From an uncultured Collinsella sp. (lineage in GTDB: Bacteria; Actinomycetota; Coriobacteriia; Coriobacteriales; Coriobacteriaceae), in assembly GCA_900549655.1 (NCBI GenBank), contig UROZ01000001.1, forward strand, positions 1-58,219: a stretch of 58,219 nucleotides of DNA, written 5' to 3'. Below the pieces are notes generated by a model. The model saw nothing but the letters and a program-made list of their open reading frames with translations, did not search any database and had not been told where the DNA came from. Shown here in pieces: positions 19,784-29,142 of this stretch (positions are counted from its first letter, which is position 1; each line of letters starts with the position of its first letter). The position numbers were made by a program, and so were the translations under genes.

Positions 19784-20026
19784 ATGGATTCTGGAACCAT
19801 GAACGCCATGGCCATGTACCTCATGGCCAAGACCTACAATGTCCGTCGTGCAGCTGACGAGAAGTTCGGTGCCGTGCTCTCTACCGAGATGATCATCCTC
19901 ATCGGCCTGCTTGCCCTCGCACTTGTCTCCGTGCTTTCGATTTATTCCGGCAAGCTCCGCGATGTCATCACGATGGCGACCAATGTCGTCGGCAAGATCG
20001 GCACCAACGGCTACTCGCTCACGTAA
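19784..20026 (+). CDS. flp: Flp-type (type IVc) major pilin
   Basis: 80 aa; leader ...RRAADEKFG, then AVLSTEMIILIGLLALALV hydrophobic helix; strong RBS GAAAGGAG; own terminator. Confidence 0.7.
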   Translation: MDSGTMNAMAMYLMAKTYNVRRAADEKFGAVLSTEMIILIGLLALALVSVLSIYSGKLRDVITMATNVVGKIGTNGYSLT

Positions 20027-20054
20027 TATAGCTCGATTTGCCTTCCCCTTTTGG

Positions 20055-20091
20055 CCCCGTCCCGGAATCAGCCTGGGACGGGGTTTCTTTT
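20055..20091 (+). terminator. Rho-independent terminator after flp
   Basis: CCCCGTCCCGG...CCTGGGACGGGG followed by TTTCTTTT. Confidence 0.75.
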
Positions 20092-20283
20092 CGGCTATCC
20101 CCTTCGCTGCGGAAAGGCCCTTTGCCCATTCGGCTGGAAGTCGAGATGCTCGGAGCATGGCCTTCCGGCGACGCTCGGAATCGTTATCGGGAACGTCCCG
20201 ACGTCAGTCTATAATTGGATAAAACCCTCCAATGCCGGGAAAGGCCCGGCCTCATGCCTTCTTGCAGAGGGGGAGGGGTAACT

Positions 20284-20562
20284 GTGAACAGTTTCCAAAT
20301 GAATAGCGTGCGCCTGACCGAGGCCGGCAGCGGCACGGTCGAGCGCTGCCTGGACTCCAGGGGCCAGATGCACGTGCGCAACCAGGTCGGGAAGCTCCGC
20401 ATCGACTCCGAGACCGGCGCCACCGAGATGGAGGTGTCGCGCGGTCTCAGCGATGCCGTCTACGTGGATGTGGCAACCGGCGACATGATCCACGAGAACA
20501 CGGTGGGCAGCATCCGCTTCCGCACCGACTCGACCGGTACCGTCATGGAGCACCTGCTCTAG
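20284..20562 (+). CDS. Small hypothetical protein
   Basis: GTG after RBS GGAGGGG; internal xxDxxTG pseudo-repeats. Confidence 0.55.
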   Translation: MNSFQMNSVRLTEAGSGTVERCLDSRGQMHVRNQVGKLRIDSETGATEMEVSRGLSDAVYVDVATGDMIHENTVGSIRFRTDSTGTVMEHLL

Positions 20563-20584
20563 ATGCCTATGGAATGTCGGAATA

Positions 20585-20677
20585 AAGAAAAAGCCCCATA
20601 CGGGGCGGCCTGTTAAGGCAGTTTGTGGCTTTTAAGCCGTATTTCGACTTAGGTACTGCGCTTCGAGCAGCAACTCA
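20585..20677 (-). ncRNA. tracrRNA
   Basis: + strand 20651-20675 AGGTACTGCGCTTCGAGCAGCAACT matches the CRISPR repeat 22/25, so the anti-repeat is on the minus strand. It is followed by a bulge, lower stem CGAAAU, nexus-like GGCUU-AA-AAGCC, a second hairpin and GCCCC-GUAU-GGGGC-UUUUU. Candidate extended -10 TGaTATAAA at about 20685-20693. Confidence 0.88.
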
Positions 20678-20706
20678 CAATCCCTTTATATCACACAGGA
20701 GAACTC

Positions 20707-23700
20707 ATGGCCAGGAAACTTAAAAATATCAACGGTCCGTGGTATGCCGGAATCGACCTCGACGGCACGAGCGTCGGGTTCGTGGCCACAGACGAGTACG
20801 GGGAGGTCCTCTACCATAAGGGCCAGCCCGTGATGGGCGCACGCTGCTTCAAGGAGGCGCTCCACGCCTCCGAGGCCCGTATGCCGCGCACGGCGAGGCG
20901 CAGGCTCCAGCGCGCACGCGGCAGGGAGCGCGAGATGGAGCGTATCTTCGCCCCGGCGATCGCGCCCACGGATCCGGATTTCTTCGTCAGGCGCAGGATG
21001 TCCTACAAGCTCATGCGCGACGATATCGCGGCAGATCCCGCCGCCGCTGCATGGCAGGGACTTCTCGACGGCTATCCCACGCTCGCGCACCTCGACGTCG
21101 ACCTCATGGAATCAGATACCCCCCGCGACCCAAGGCTTATCTTCTGGGCCGTCGCCAACCATGTCGTGCGACGCGGCCATTTCCTCATGGAGGGCCATGA
21201 CGTGACGTCGGCGAACTCAGACCCCTTCGCTCAGGTCGAGGCCCTCGTGCGCGAGCTCGACGCCCTGGGGGAGGCCTGCGGCGAGGCTATCGAGCTCGAC
21301 GGTGGCGCGCTTGCCGATATGGGCGGCTCCTGGACGGCACGCGAGCTCCAGAAGGCCGTGTCCGGCGCCGTCTCGGTGGCGGGCGACGATATCGACGCCA
21401 AGATCGCACGCGCGCAGTCAAAAGCGCTGGGCGACCTCGTCGCCGGCTACAAGGCGAACATGGACGCCTTCGCGCTCGAGGGCGAGCAGATCGGCAAGGT
21501 TTCCGTGTCCGACGCCGACGCGCTCGATGAGTTCCTCGCCAACTGTCCCGACCGTCTCGCCCCGACCATCGAGGCCGCTAGGGGTCTCTACTCGGCATGG
21601 CGCCTACAGGGCCTTCTCTCCTTCGCGCCCGGCAAGACCCTCTCGCACAACCAGGTGGCCCAGTACGAGGTGTACGGGCGCCAGCTGCGCACCCTGAAGG
21701 ACCTCGCGCTGAAATATATCGTCCGCGCGGATTCCGCAGACGGCCCCGACGAGGACGGCCTCACCCTCTATAGGGACTTCTTCGGCGGCCCCAAGAGGTC
21801 GGGGCGCGGGGGGTACGACAAGGTGCTCGTGAAGAAGCTCGACGGCGCGAAAAGGAACATGGGCTATACGGCCTACGACCTCAACGTGATTCCCTACGAG
21901 GAGTTCAAGAAGAGGGTCGAGAGGCTCTTCAAGGGCACGGATGCCGTAACGGACCCGGCCTACGTCGATATGGTCGCCGCCCTCGGCGAGCACAGGTTCC
22001 TACGCCGTATCCACACCGCGGACAACAGCGCGATTCCCTACCAGCTCCATGCGGAGGTCGTGGGCCGCATCATCGACAAGCAGGGCAGCTTCTACCCTTG
22101 GCTCAAGGACGCAGGCCGGCATATCCTGAAGGTGCTGACCTCGAGGATCCCGTACTACGTCGGACCGCTGGATTCCTATGCCGCACCCGTGGACGCCCAC
22201 GGCAAGGCGAGGTTCGCGTGGTCGCGCCGTCTTCCCGGGCATGAGCGCGCCTTTATCGCACCCTGGAACTACGAGGAGCATATCGATACCGATGCGGCCG
22301 CAGAGGCCTTCATCCGGCGCATGACGGGCAAGTGCACCTATCTGGTGGATGAGGACGTGCTCCCGGCGAACTCCCTCATCTACGAGCGTTTCCGGTTCCT
22401 GAACGAGCTGGCGGGAATCCGCTACACCGAGGACGGCCAGGACTGGCTTCCGCTCGATGCCGCGATGAGGGCGGCCGTGGTCGAGGCCGCATCGGACGGG
22501 TCGGTCATGACCCTCAACCGGATTGAGAACATCCTCTCGCGCGACTTCACGATGGCTCACCCCCACGTCAAGGGCGTATCCGACGCCAAGAGGATGACGT
22601 CGCGCCTGTCCGTATCGGCCTGGATGGCAAATCTTCTCGGCGTGAAGACACTCACTGCGGCCCAGAAGTCCATGGCAGAGGACCTTATCCTTTGGAATAC
22701 CGTGTTCGAGGAGCGCTCCATCCTGAAGCGCAAGATCGCCAAGGAATACGGGGAAGTCCTTGACGAGGATGCGATCGAGGCCTTTTGCGCGAAGCGCCTC
22801 AAGGGCTGGGGCCAGCTCTCCGAGCGGCTGCTGACGGGCGTTTGGGCCGATACCGCGCGCGGCGACATGTGTATCATGGACGTCCTCGAGCAGGGAGCGC
22901 CCTACGGCAGGTTCCGCGGCGCGTCCATGAACCTGATGCAGGCCTTAAGCGATACCGAGCTCGGCTTCCGCGCAAAGATCGACGAGGCCAACGCAGCCGC
23001 GCTGGAAAAGGCCGGCGAGCTCGGCATCGACGCCCTGCCCGGGTCCCCGGCGCTTCGTCGCGGCGTCTCGCAGGCCATGAAGGTTATCGAGGATATGACT
23101 TCGGTGGCAGGTTATGCCCCGGCCAAGGTCTACGTCGAGGTCACGAGGACCGCATCGAACAAGTTGAAGGGCAGGAGGTCGCAAAGCCGCGCCCAGGAGA
23201 TCGAGGCCGCTCTGAAGACGCTTGACGAGGACGCGCGCCGCGACCTGAATGCCGCCAGGCTCCTACGCGAACTGGGGATGTTCGACGAGAAGGAGATCAA
23301 CGAGCGTCTGTACCTTTATTTCAAGCAGGCGGGAAAGAGCCTCTACTCCGGCAGGCCCATCGATATTGCGCGCATCGCATCAGCCGACTACTGCGTCGAC
23401 CGCATCCTTCCTAGATCGGTGCGCAAGGACGAATCACTCGACAACAAGGTACTGGTCTTGTATGCCGAGAGCCTTGATAAGAAGGAGTCCATCATCGTGC
23501 CCCGGCCCGTCCAGAGGAAGATGGCGCCGTTCTGGATGCACCTGCGCCGCGTGGGCCTCATGACCGAGCGCAAGCTCAACGCGCTCATGAGGACGCAGAT
23601 CTCGGAGAGGATGCTGAAGTCAATCGTCGGGCGCCAGCTGACAGAGACGAGCCAGGAGTGCAAGCTCATCGCCGCGGTCCTCGAGGCCACCTACGCGGGC

Positions 23701-24900
23701 GTCAAGGTCGTGCCGGTGAAGGCCGGCGTCGCCAGTTCGGTCAGGAGGCGCGCGGGAATCCCGAGAAGCCGCAAGGCCAACCGCTACTACCACGCACACG
23801 ATGCACTGATCGCCCTCACGACCGGCAGGTTCATCGAGACGAGGGCGCCCATGTGGTCGAACAACAGGGCCTTCTACGAGCGCACCATGCGCGATATCGA
23901 GGAGCAGGAGCGCCGGGGCGGGGCGGATTCCGAGCTCGACTTCTTCTCCGGCGGCTTCTTCCGTGACCTCGTGGACTATGACACGGCCGAGGTGCTGTGG
24001 GATTCCGATTTCGAGCGCGAGCGGCTCGTGCGCGCCTGCTCCTGGAAGAACCTACGCGTGACGTTTGCCCCCTACGAGGAGGGTGGGGCCTTCTGGAAGC
24101 AGACCGTCTACTCACCGCGCGACACGAAGACGAAGCTCATTCCCGTGAAGGGCGACCGTGACGTGGCCCTGTTCGGCGGCTACTCCGCCCAGACGTTCGC
24201 CTATTTCATGATCTACGAGAGCGAGGGTAAGAAGGGAAATCTATTCAGGTTCGCCCCCGTGCCCACGTCCGTCGCGTCCAAGGCGACCGATTCGCTCACC
24301 GAGCTCTATGCGCGCTCGCTGTGCCGCGAGTCCGGCGAGAGATTCGTCCGCGTCGTGCGCGACAGGATCCTCAAGGAGACCGTGTACGAGGCATACGGGG
24401 AGCGCTTCAGGATCAAGGGCCAGAAGACAGCCGGCCCCGTGCGCCAGCTCGCCCTCGATACGTCCGACACCCGCCTGCTCAGGATCGTCGAGCGCATGGT
24501 CGACGGCGAACAGCCGAGCCCCAGGCGCGATCTCGATTCCGATGCCCGGGTTCTCTGCCGGCTGTGGGCACGCCTTCTCGAGCTCGCTCCGGCAAACTTC
24601 CCCCGCGTCTCCAAGGTGCTCAAGCTGGGCGCCCTGAAGACGCCGGAGGAGGTATTCTCCGATGCGGAAGCAGACGATATTGCCAAGACCGTCCGAGCGG
24701 TAGCGGAATCCGAGGTCCAGGTCGTGGAGCTCCTGTCCGGTATCAGGGGCACCGCCGACGTGAGGTCCCTCGGCGGCAGCGCGTTCGCGGGCACGTGCTC
24801 AATGACCTTCGATAAGATCATCAACGACCCCAAGGCGGGCTTCGTCATCGTGGACATCTCCGCGGCGGGCCTTCACGAGAGGGTTTCCACCCTTGGGTAA
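20707..24900 (+). CDS. cas9: Type II-A Cas9 with inactivated HNH domain
   Basis: RuvC-I GIDLDGTSVGF, Arg-rich bridge helix, RRGHFL, IPYQLH, RIPYYVGPL, PWNYEE, RuvC-II VEVTR, RuvC-III YHAHDA; the HNH segment reads VDRILPRS...DNKVLVLYAES. Confidence 0.97.
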   Translation: MARKLKNINGPWYAGIDLDGTSVGFVATDEYGEVLYHKGQPVMGARCFKEALHASEARMPRTARRRLQRARGREREMERIFAPAIAPTDPDFFVRRRMSYKLMRDDIAADPAAAAWQGLLDGYPTLAHLDVDLMESDTPRDPRLIFWAVANHVVRRGHFLMEGHDVTSANSDPFAQVEALVRELDALGEACGEAIELDGGALADMGGSWTARELQKAVSGAVSVAGDDIDAKIARAQSKALGDLVAGYKANMDAFALEGEQIGKVSVSDADALDEFLANCPDRLAPTIEAARGLYSAWRLQGLLSFAPGKTLSHNQVAQYEVYGRQLRTLKDLALKYIVRADSADGPDEDGLTLYRDFFGGPKRSGRGGYDKVLVKKLDGAKRNMGYTAYDLNVIPYEEFKKRVERLFKGTDAVTDPAYVDMVAALGEHRFLRRIHTADNSAIPYQLHAEVVGRIIDKQGSFYPWLKDAGRHILKVLTSRIPYYVGPLDSYAAPVDAHGKARFAWSRRLPGHERAFIAPWNYEEHIDTDAAAEAFIRRMTGKCTYLVDEDVLPANSLIYERFRFLNELAGIRYTEDGQDWLPLDAAMRAAVVEAASDGSVMTLNRIENILSRDFTMAHPHVKGVSDAKRMTSRLSVSAWMANLLGVKTLTAAQKSMAEDLILWNTVFEERSILKRKIAKEYGEVLDEDAIEAFCAKRLKGWGQLSERLLTGVWADTARGDMCIMDVLEQGAPYGRFRGASMNLMQALSDTELGFRAKIDEANAAALEKAGELGIDALPGSPALRRGVSQAMKVIEDMTSVAGYAPAKVYVEVTRTASNKLKGRRSQSRAQEIEAALKTLDEDARRDLNAARLLRELGMFDEKEINERLYLYFKQAGKSLYSGRPIDIARIASADYCVDRILPRSVRKDESLDNKVLVLYAESLDKKESIIVPRPVQRKMAPFWMHLRRVGLMTERKLNALMRTQISERMLKSIVGRQLTETSQECKLIAAVLEATYAGVKVVPVKAGVASSVRRRAGIPRSRKANRYYHAHDALIALTTGRFIETRAPMWSNNRAFYERTMRDIEEQERRGGADSELDFFSGGFFRDLVDYDTAEVLWDSDFERERLVRACSWKNLRVTFAPYEEGGAFWKQTVYSPRDTKTKLIPVKGDRDVALFGGYSAQTFAYFMIYESEGKKGNLFRFAPVPTSVASKATDSLTELYARSLCRESGERFVRVVRDRILKETVYEAYGERFRIKGQKTAGPVRQLALDTSDTRLLRIVERMVDGEQPSPRRDLDSDARVLCRLWARLLELAPANFPRVSKVLKLGALKTPEEVFSDAEADDIAKTVRAVAESEVQVVELLSGIRGTADVRSLGGSAFAGTCSMTFDKIINDPKAGFVIVDISAAGLHERVSTLG

Positions 24901-25780
24901 GACGCTCTTCATAGAGAACGCCCGGAAACTGCGCTATGAGGCTGGGTGGGTCGCCGTTCACCGCGACGGCGACCCCCGCCCCGTTCTGTTGCGGGCCGAC
25001 GAGCTCGACTGTATCGTTATCGACGGGAAGGCCGCGTTCATATCGACCTACCTTCTCGATGAGCTCGCGGCAAGGGGTTGCAGCGTCATCCTCACCGATA
25101 GCCGGCATATGCCGGCATCAATCCTGATGCCGCTAACCGCGGCAACGATCGATACGAATGCCAAAGTCCTCGCTCAGATGTCCTGGGGCGCTTGGCCGCG
25201 CAAGATGCTGTGGAAGAAGATCGTCAAGTGCAAGCTGGATAACCAGGCCTCCGTCCTCGAAATGTCGGGCCATGAACAGGAGGCCGAGCTGCTCGCGTCC
25301 TATACGGGAGAGGTCCGCGCGGACGATTCGACCGGGCGCGAGGCCGCCGGGGCCCGCCGCTATTTCCAGGCGCTGTTCGGTACTGGTTTCGTCCGGGCAC
25401 CGCACGCGGACGCGACCAACAATGCCCTCGACTATGGTTATTCCATCCTGCTCTCGCATACAGCGTGCAGGATCGCGGCGAAGGGCTATCTCAACCAAGT
25501 CGGCATCCACCATCACTCCAAAACAAACCCCTACAACCTCGCCTGCGACCTCATGGAGCCGTTCAGGCCACTGATCGACCGGAAGGTCGAGCTGGAGCGT
25601 CCCTGCGAGCTCACGCCGTCCGTGAAGAGGCTCCTTGCGTCCACACTCGCGGACAGGATCCCCTATGGCCATGGGAGCTACCGGGTGTCGGACGTCATCG
25701 ACCTTTGGGTAGATGGGTGCCTTCGGGTGATGGAAGGGACTGGCGATGTGGATGGGATCTCGACGCCCGGAATGCCTTGA
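24893..25780 (+). CDS. cas1: Type II Cas1
   Basis: REAAGARRYF, NALDYGYSIL, GIHH and NLACDLMEPFRP; catalytic E/H/acidic residues present. Confidence 0.95.
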   Translation: MGKTLFIENARKLRYEAGWVAVHRDGDPRPVLLRADELDCIVIDGKAAFISTYLLDELAARGCSVILTDSRHMPASILMPLTAATIDTNAKVLAQMSWGAWPRKMLWKKIVKCKLDNQASVLEMSGHEQEAELLASYTGEVRADDSTGREAAGARRYFQALFGTGFVRAPHADATNNALDYGYSILLSHTACRIAAKGYLNQVGIHHHSKTNPYNLACDLMEPFRPLIDRKVELERPCELTPSVKRLLASTLADRIPYGHGSYRVSDVIDLWVDGCLRVMEGTGDVDGISTPGMP

Positions 25781-25805
25781 TGAGGAGCGGGGGAGGATAA
25801 GGTTT

Positions 25806-26114
25806 ATGAGGATAATCGTCATGTATGACCTCCCCGTAGCCGATATGCAGGACCGCCACGAGTACTCGAGGTTCAGGCAGTTTCTTGTCAGGGACGGCTA
25901 TACGAGGCTGCAGAATTCCGTCTACACCCGCCTGGCAGTGGACTCCAAGAACGCCGAGGCGGCGATCTTGCGCCTCAAGGCCAACATTCCCGAAGCCGGG
26001 CTGGTGCAGGTGCTCAGGGTATCCGAGATTTCCTTCTGCTCGATGCTCACGCTTTGCGGAAGCCCGTCAGACGAGGGGCACCTTGTTACCGGAGAGGATT
26101 TCATCGTCTTATGA
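25806..26114 (+). CDS. cas2: Cas2
   Basis: MRIIVMYDLP...FRQFLVRDGYTRLQNSVY. Confidence 0.95.
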   Translation: MRIIVMYDLPVADMQDRHEYSRFRQFLVRDGYTRLQNSVYTRLAVDSKNAEAAILRLKANIPEAGLVQVLRVSEISFCSMLTLCGSPSDEGHLVTGEDFIVL

Positions 26115-26785
26115 TCGTCAAGCTTGAAACGATAGGGGAGACTATCGATTTACCGGATGGGCTCGGAGTCATTTCCTTCGATGATTTCGACGGGCTATCG
26201 CGATGCACCGCGTCGCTTTTGGGGGAAGGGGAGCCTGGAATCGCCCTATACCGCGGGGAGATAAAGATCAAGCCGAAGGATATCTTCCTTATCGACAGCC
26301 TGATCGAGCTTCCATTCGAAGACCGGAGGCTTGTCGGCGCCTACGCGTCGAGGATGGTTGCCGAGGTCGAGGCCTATGAGCCCCTGGCGACCAAGGCACA
26401 TGAGATCAGGATGTTTGTCGACGAGCTGATTGCAGAGTTGGGGGCTTCGCTTCGAACGGATCCGATAGGGGACACGGAGCGGGATATCAAATCATTCGCC
26501 AAATGGCTTTCGCTGACACCGCACCGTGAGCCGGGCGGTACCCTGCTCAGGAGATTCCTCTCTTTCATGGATTACGTTTGCGATACGGGGCTGAATCCGT
26601 CAATTGCCGTAATCGGCCTTATCGACAAACTCAATCCGGCTGATGTTTTGGAGATAACACGAAAGGCGCGGCATGAGGGTCTGGAATTGCTGTTCCTCGA
26701 ATATCGGGAGGTGAACACAACCGATCCCGAGATTCCGGTGTGGCATATAGACAGAGACGGGGTTCTCTTCTCCCGCACCGCTTAA
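26111..26785 (+). CDS. csn2: Csn2-like protein (divergent)
   Basis: 224 aa; coupled to cas2 (ATGA) and directly before the leader; C-terminal LLFLE...HIDRD resembles Csn2. Confidence 0.75.
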   Translation: MIVKLETIGETIDLPDGLGVISFDDFDGLSRCTASLLGEGEPGIALYRGEIKIKPKDIFLIDSLIELPFEDRRLVGAYASRMVAEVEAYEPLATKAHEIRMFVDELIAELGASLRTDPIGDTERDIKSFAKWLSLTPHREPGGTLLRRFLSFMDYVCDTGLNPSIAVIGLIDKLNPADVLEITRKARHEGLELLFLEYREVNTTDPEIPVWHIDRDGVLFSRTA

Positions 26786-27022
26786 ACCGTTAAACTGGTG
26801 TGAGCACCTTGAAATCTCAAATAAGGCTTATTGCTTGACAGCCCGGTTGTCCGATGATCCGGTAGCTTTCAGGTTTTTCCAGAACTCACACAACCATCCT
26901 GTTTCCGGGCGGAAATAAGATGGTTTCCCAAAATCGTCGGAACCTTTTCTTCCCTTAAATCAACTTTCACAGCTTCAGTAGCTGCTCTTATGCGGCGCTT
27001 GCCAGCCGATGCCGATTCTCCG
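26786..27022 (+). promoter_or_regulatory. CRISPR leader
   Basis: AT-richer non-coding stretch between csn2 and the first perfect repeat. Confidence 0.7.
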
Positions 27023-28900
27023 GCTTCGCAGGTACCGCGCTTCGAGCAGTTACTTGCCACTACCTCTGGTAGTGATATACCCAGCTCGGCTTCGCAGGTA
27101 CCGCGCTTCGAGCAGTTACTTGCCGGCAATGAGAGGCGATACAAGGTGCCAAATGCTTCGCAGGTACCGCGCTTCGAGCAGTTACTTGCCAGGATAAAGA
27201 CCTTAGAGACCGACCCCGAGGGCTTCGCAGGTACCGCGCTTCGAGCAGTTACTTGCCGTAGCATGGTTGCCGATGCGGGTGATGTGCGCTTCGCAGGTAC
27301 CGCGCTTCGAGCAGTTACTTGCCACTCAAAAGGTTGCGCAACCAAGCTATATCGCTTCGCAGGTACCGCGCTTCGAGCAGTTACTTGCCCACCCGGCTGC
27401 GAAGGATCGGTGGGTTCCGGCTTCGCAGGTACCGCGCTTCGAGCAGTTACTTGCCGGCTGCCCTACCGGGCATACAGGACGTATTGCTTCGCAGGTACCG
27501 CGCTTCGAGCAGTTACTTGCCATCGGCTGCATACGGAGTCCCAGCACGTTTGCTTCGCAGGTACCGCGCTTCGAGCAGTTACTTGCCCCATTGCGACGAT
27601 GAACGGATAGCCGATCTGCTTCGCAGGTACCGCGCTTCGAGCAGTTACTTGCCGTGTCAACGATAATGAGCCTGGTGGCTGGGGCTTCGCAGGTACCGCG
27701 CTTCGAGCAGTTACTTGCCCGTAAATGCTCGTGATTTCGATGCTCCCATAGCTTCGCAGGTACCGCGCTTCGAGCAGTTACTTGCCCTATTAGTTTCTGA
27801 AAAAAGATTGAACATAGCTTCGCAGGTACCGCGCTTCGAGCAGTTACTTGCCTCCTTCTGCTGTCCATAGAAGAACGTGTCGGCTTCACAGGCACCGCGC
27901 TTCGAGCAGTTACTTGCCTGAACAATTGCACCATAGGAGGAATTGGGAATTTCACAGGTACTGTGCTCGGAGCAGTTACTTAGCGATCGCGCTCGTTAAT
28001 ATACGTGCGATGGCGCTTCGCGGGCACCGAGCTTCGAGCGGTTTCTTGCCGGGCTATGTTCCATTGGAACGCTCCATATGCTTCGTAGGTTCCGCGCTTC
28101 TAGCAGTTACTTACCGCTGAAACCACTTTTCTTAAATCTCTTAATACTTCGCAGGAACTGTGCTTCGAGCAGTTGCTTGCCAGGATTCATCGACTGTACG
28201 GTATGGTTGCTGACTCGCAGGTACTGCGCTTCGAGCAGCTACTTGCCCCTCCAGATGGGCCCGCTTCTCACCCGCGAGCTTTGTAGGTGTCGCGTTTTTT
28301 GCACTCGCCTCCCGCTGTCAAGAGAATCAGAAGGCGCTCGTGGTCCTCGAGAAAACGACACGTCAAGCATCGCCATATCCAACTTTAACGTTTGCAGAAT
28401 CATGCGCTTCATAGATACCTCACTTCGAGCAGCCGCTTGCTCGGAGCTCCTTAATTCGAGAGGGGTATACTTCGCAGGAAATGCACTCCGAGCAGCCGCT
28501 TACCGGAACGGCCCCCAGCTTATTTAGCACATACGCGGCAATAGCACAGCGTTTCGAGTAGATACTTGCTGCATATCAATGCGGTTTGTCTGCTCGATGC
28601 GTTTCGTAGGCAACTCACTTCAATTTGTTTCTTGTCTTCTCCCGCCCTTGACGGAAAGCGACATGAGCTTCATAGGCATCGCGCTTCGAGCAGCTGCTTA
28701 CCATTTTTCCGAAAAGGAAGATGACGGGATGCACTTCGCCGAGACCGCGCTTCGAGCAGATACTCATTCTGTTGCGACGAGCAGTGCGACTGTAACGGGC
28801 CTCGCAGGCACCGCGCCTCGAGCAGTATCTTTCCTCAGGTGTATGGCGTTGGCTATCTGGTGATGTTTCGCAAGTACTGTATTTCGAACGGCAATTATAT
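27023..28900 (+). CRISPR. CRISPR array, 36-bp repeat GCTTCGCAGGTACCGCGCTTCGAGCAGTTACTTGCC, about 29 units
   Basis: 13 perfect repeats (27023-27852) with 30-31 nt spacers, then about 16 degenerate repeats that keep the ~66-bp period to 28900. Confidence 0.97.
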
Positions 28901-29083
28901 CTGTCTGACGTTAGCTCCTGAGCAGCTGTTACTTCGGATGCACCCTTATCGATCGGCTATCCACCATACGCATCGCGATTGAGCCGCCAACTGTCCGCAG
29001 GCGTCCTCAGGACGGAGGCTCCGCAGTTTTGTAGGTGTCCATGGTGCGGTCCAACCCGCATAGGTTGCGTTTCGATATATACC

Positions 29084-29137
29084 TGTCACCACGTGGCACC
29101 AAATAGGCCTTATTTTGAGTAAACACGACTACAGAAT
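29084..29137 (+). promoter_or_regulatory. Box copy 5 plus -10 CAGAAT
   Basis: TGTCACCACGTGGCACCAAA at 29084-29103; CAGAAT at 29132-29137. The ATG lies 5 nt later, so the mRNA may be leaderless. Confidence 0.7.
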
Positions 29138-29142
29138 TAAAT

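Noticed and set aside
20707..26785. CRISPR-associated transposon interpretation of the dead Cas9
   Set aside because: No Tns, transposase or integrase genes are recognisable in the window.
26972..27003. GCTTC...CTTGCC repeat-like stretch in the leader
   Set aside because: Only the ends match; its length (32) and spacing (19) do not fit the array.
27258..27287. Spacer 4 shares CATGGTTGCCGAT with 55644-55656
   Set aside because: 13-nt match outside the seed; roughly expected by chance. My self-match search was by eye and not exhaustive.
27456..27485. Spacer 7 shares TACAGGACGTAT with the rep-upstream repeats
   Set aside because: Only 12 nt, mismatch at the PAM-proximal base, and the flank TTATC is unlike CGAAA; compatible with chance.
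26869..28863. Repetitive ORFs (ASQVPRFEQLLA etc.)
   Set aside because: Translations of CRISPR repeats.
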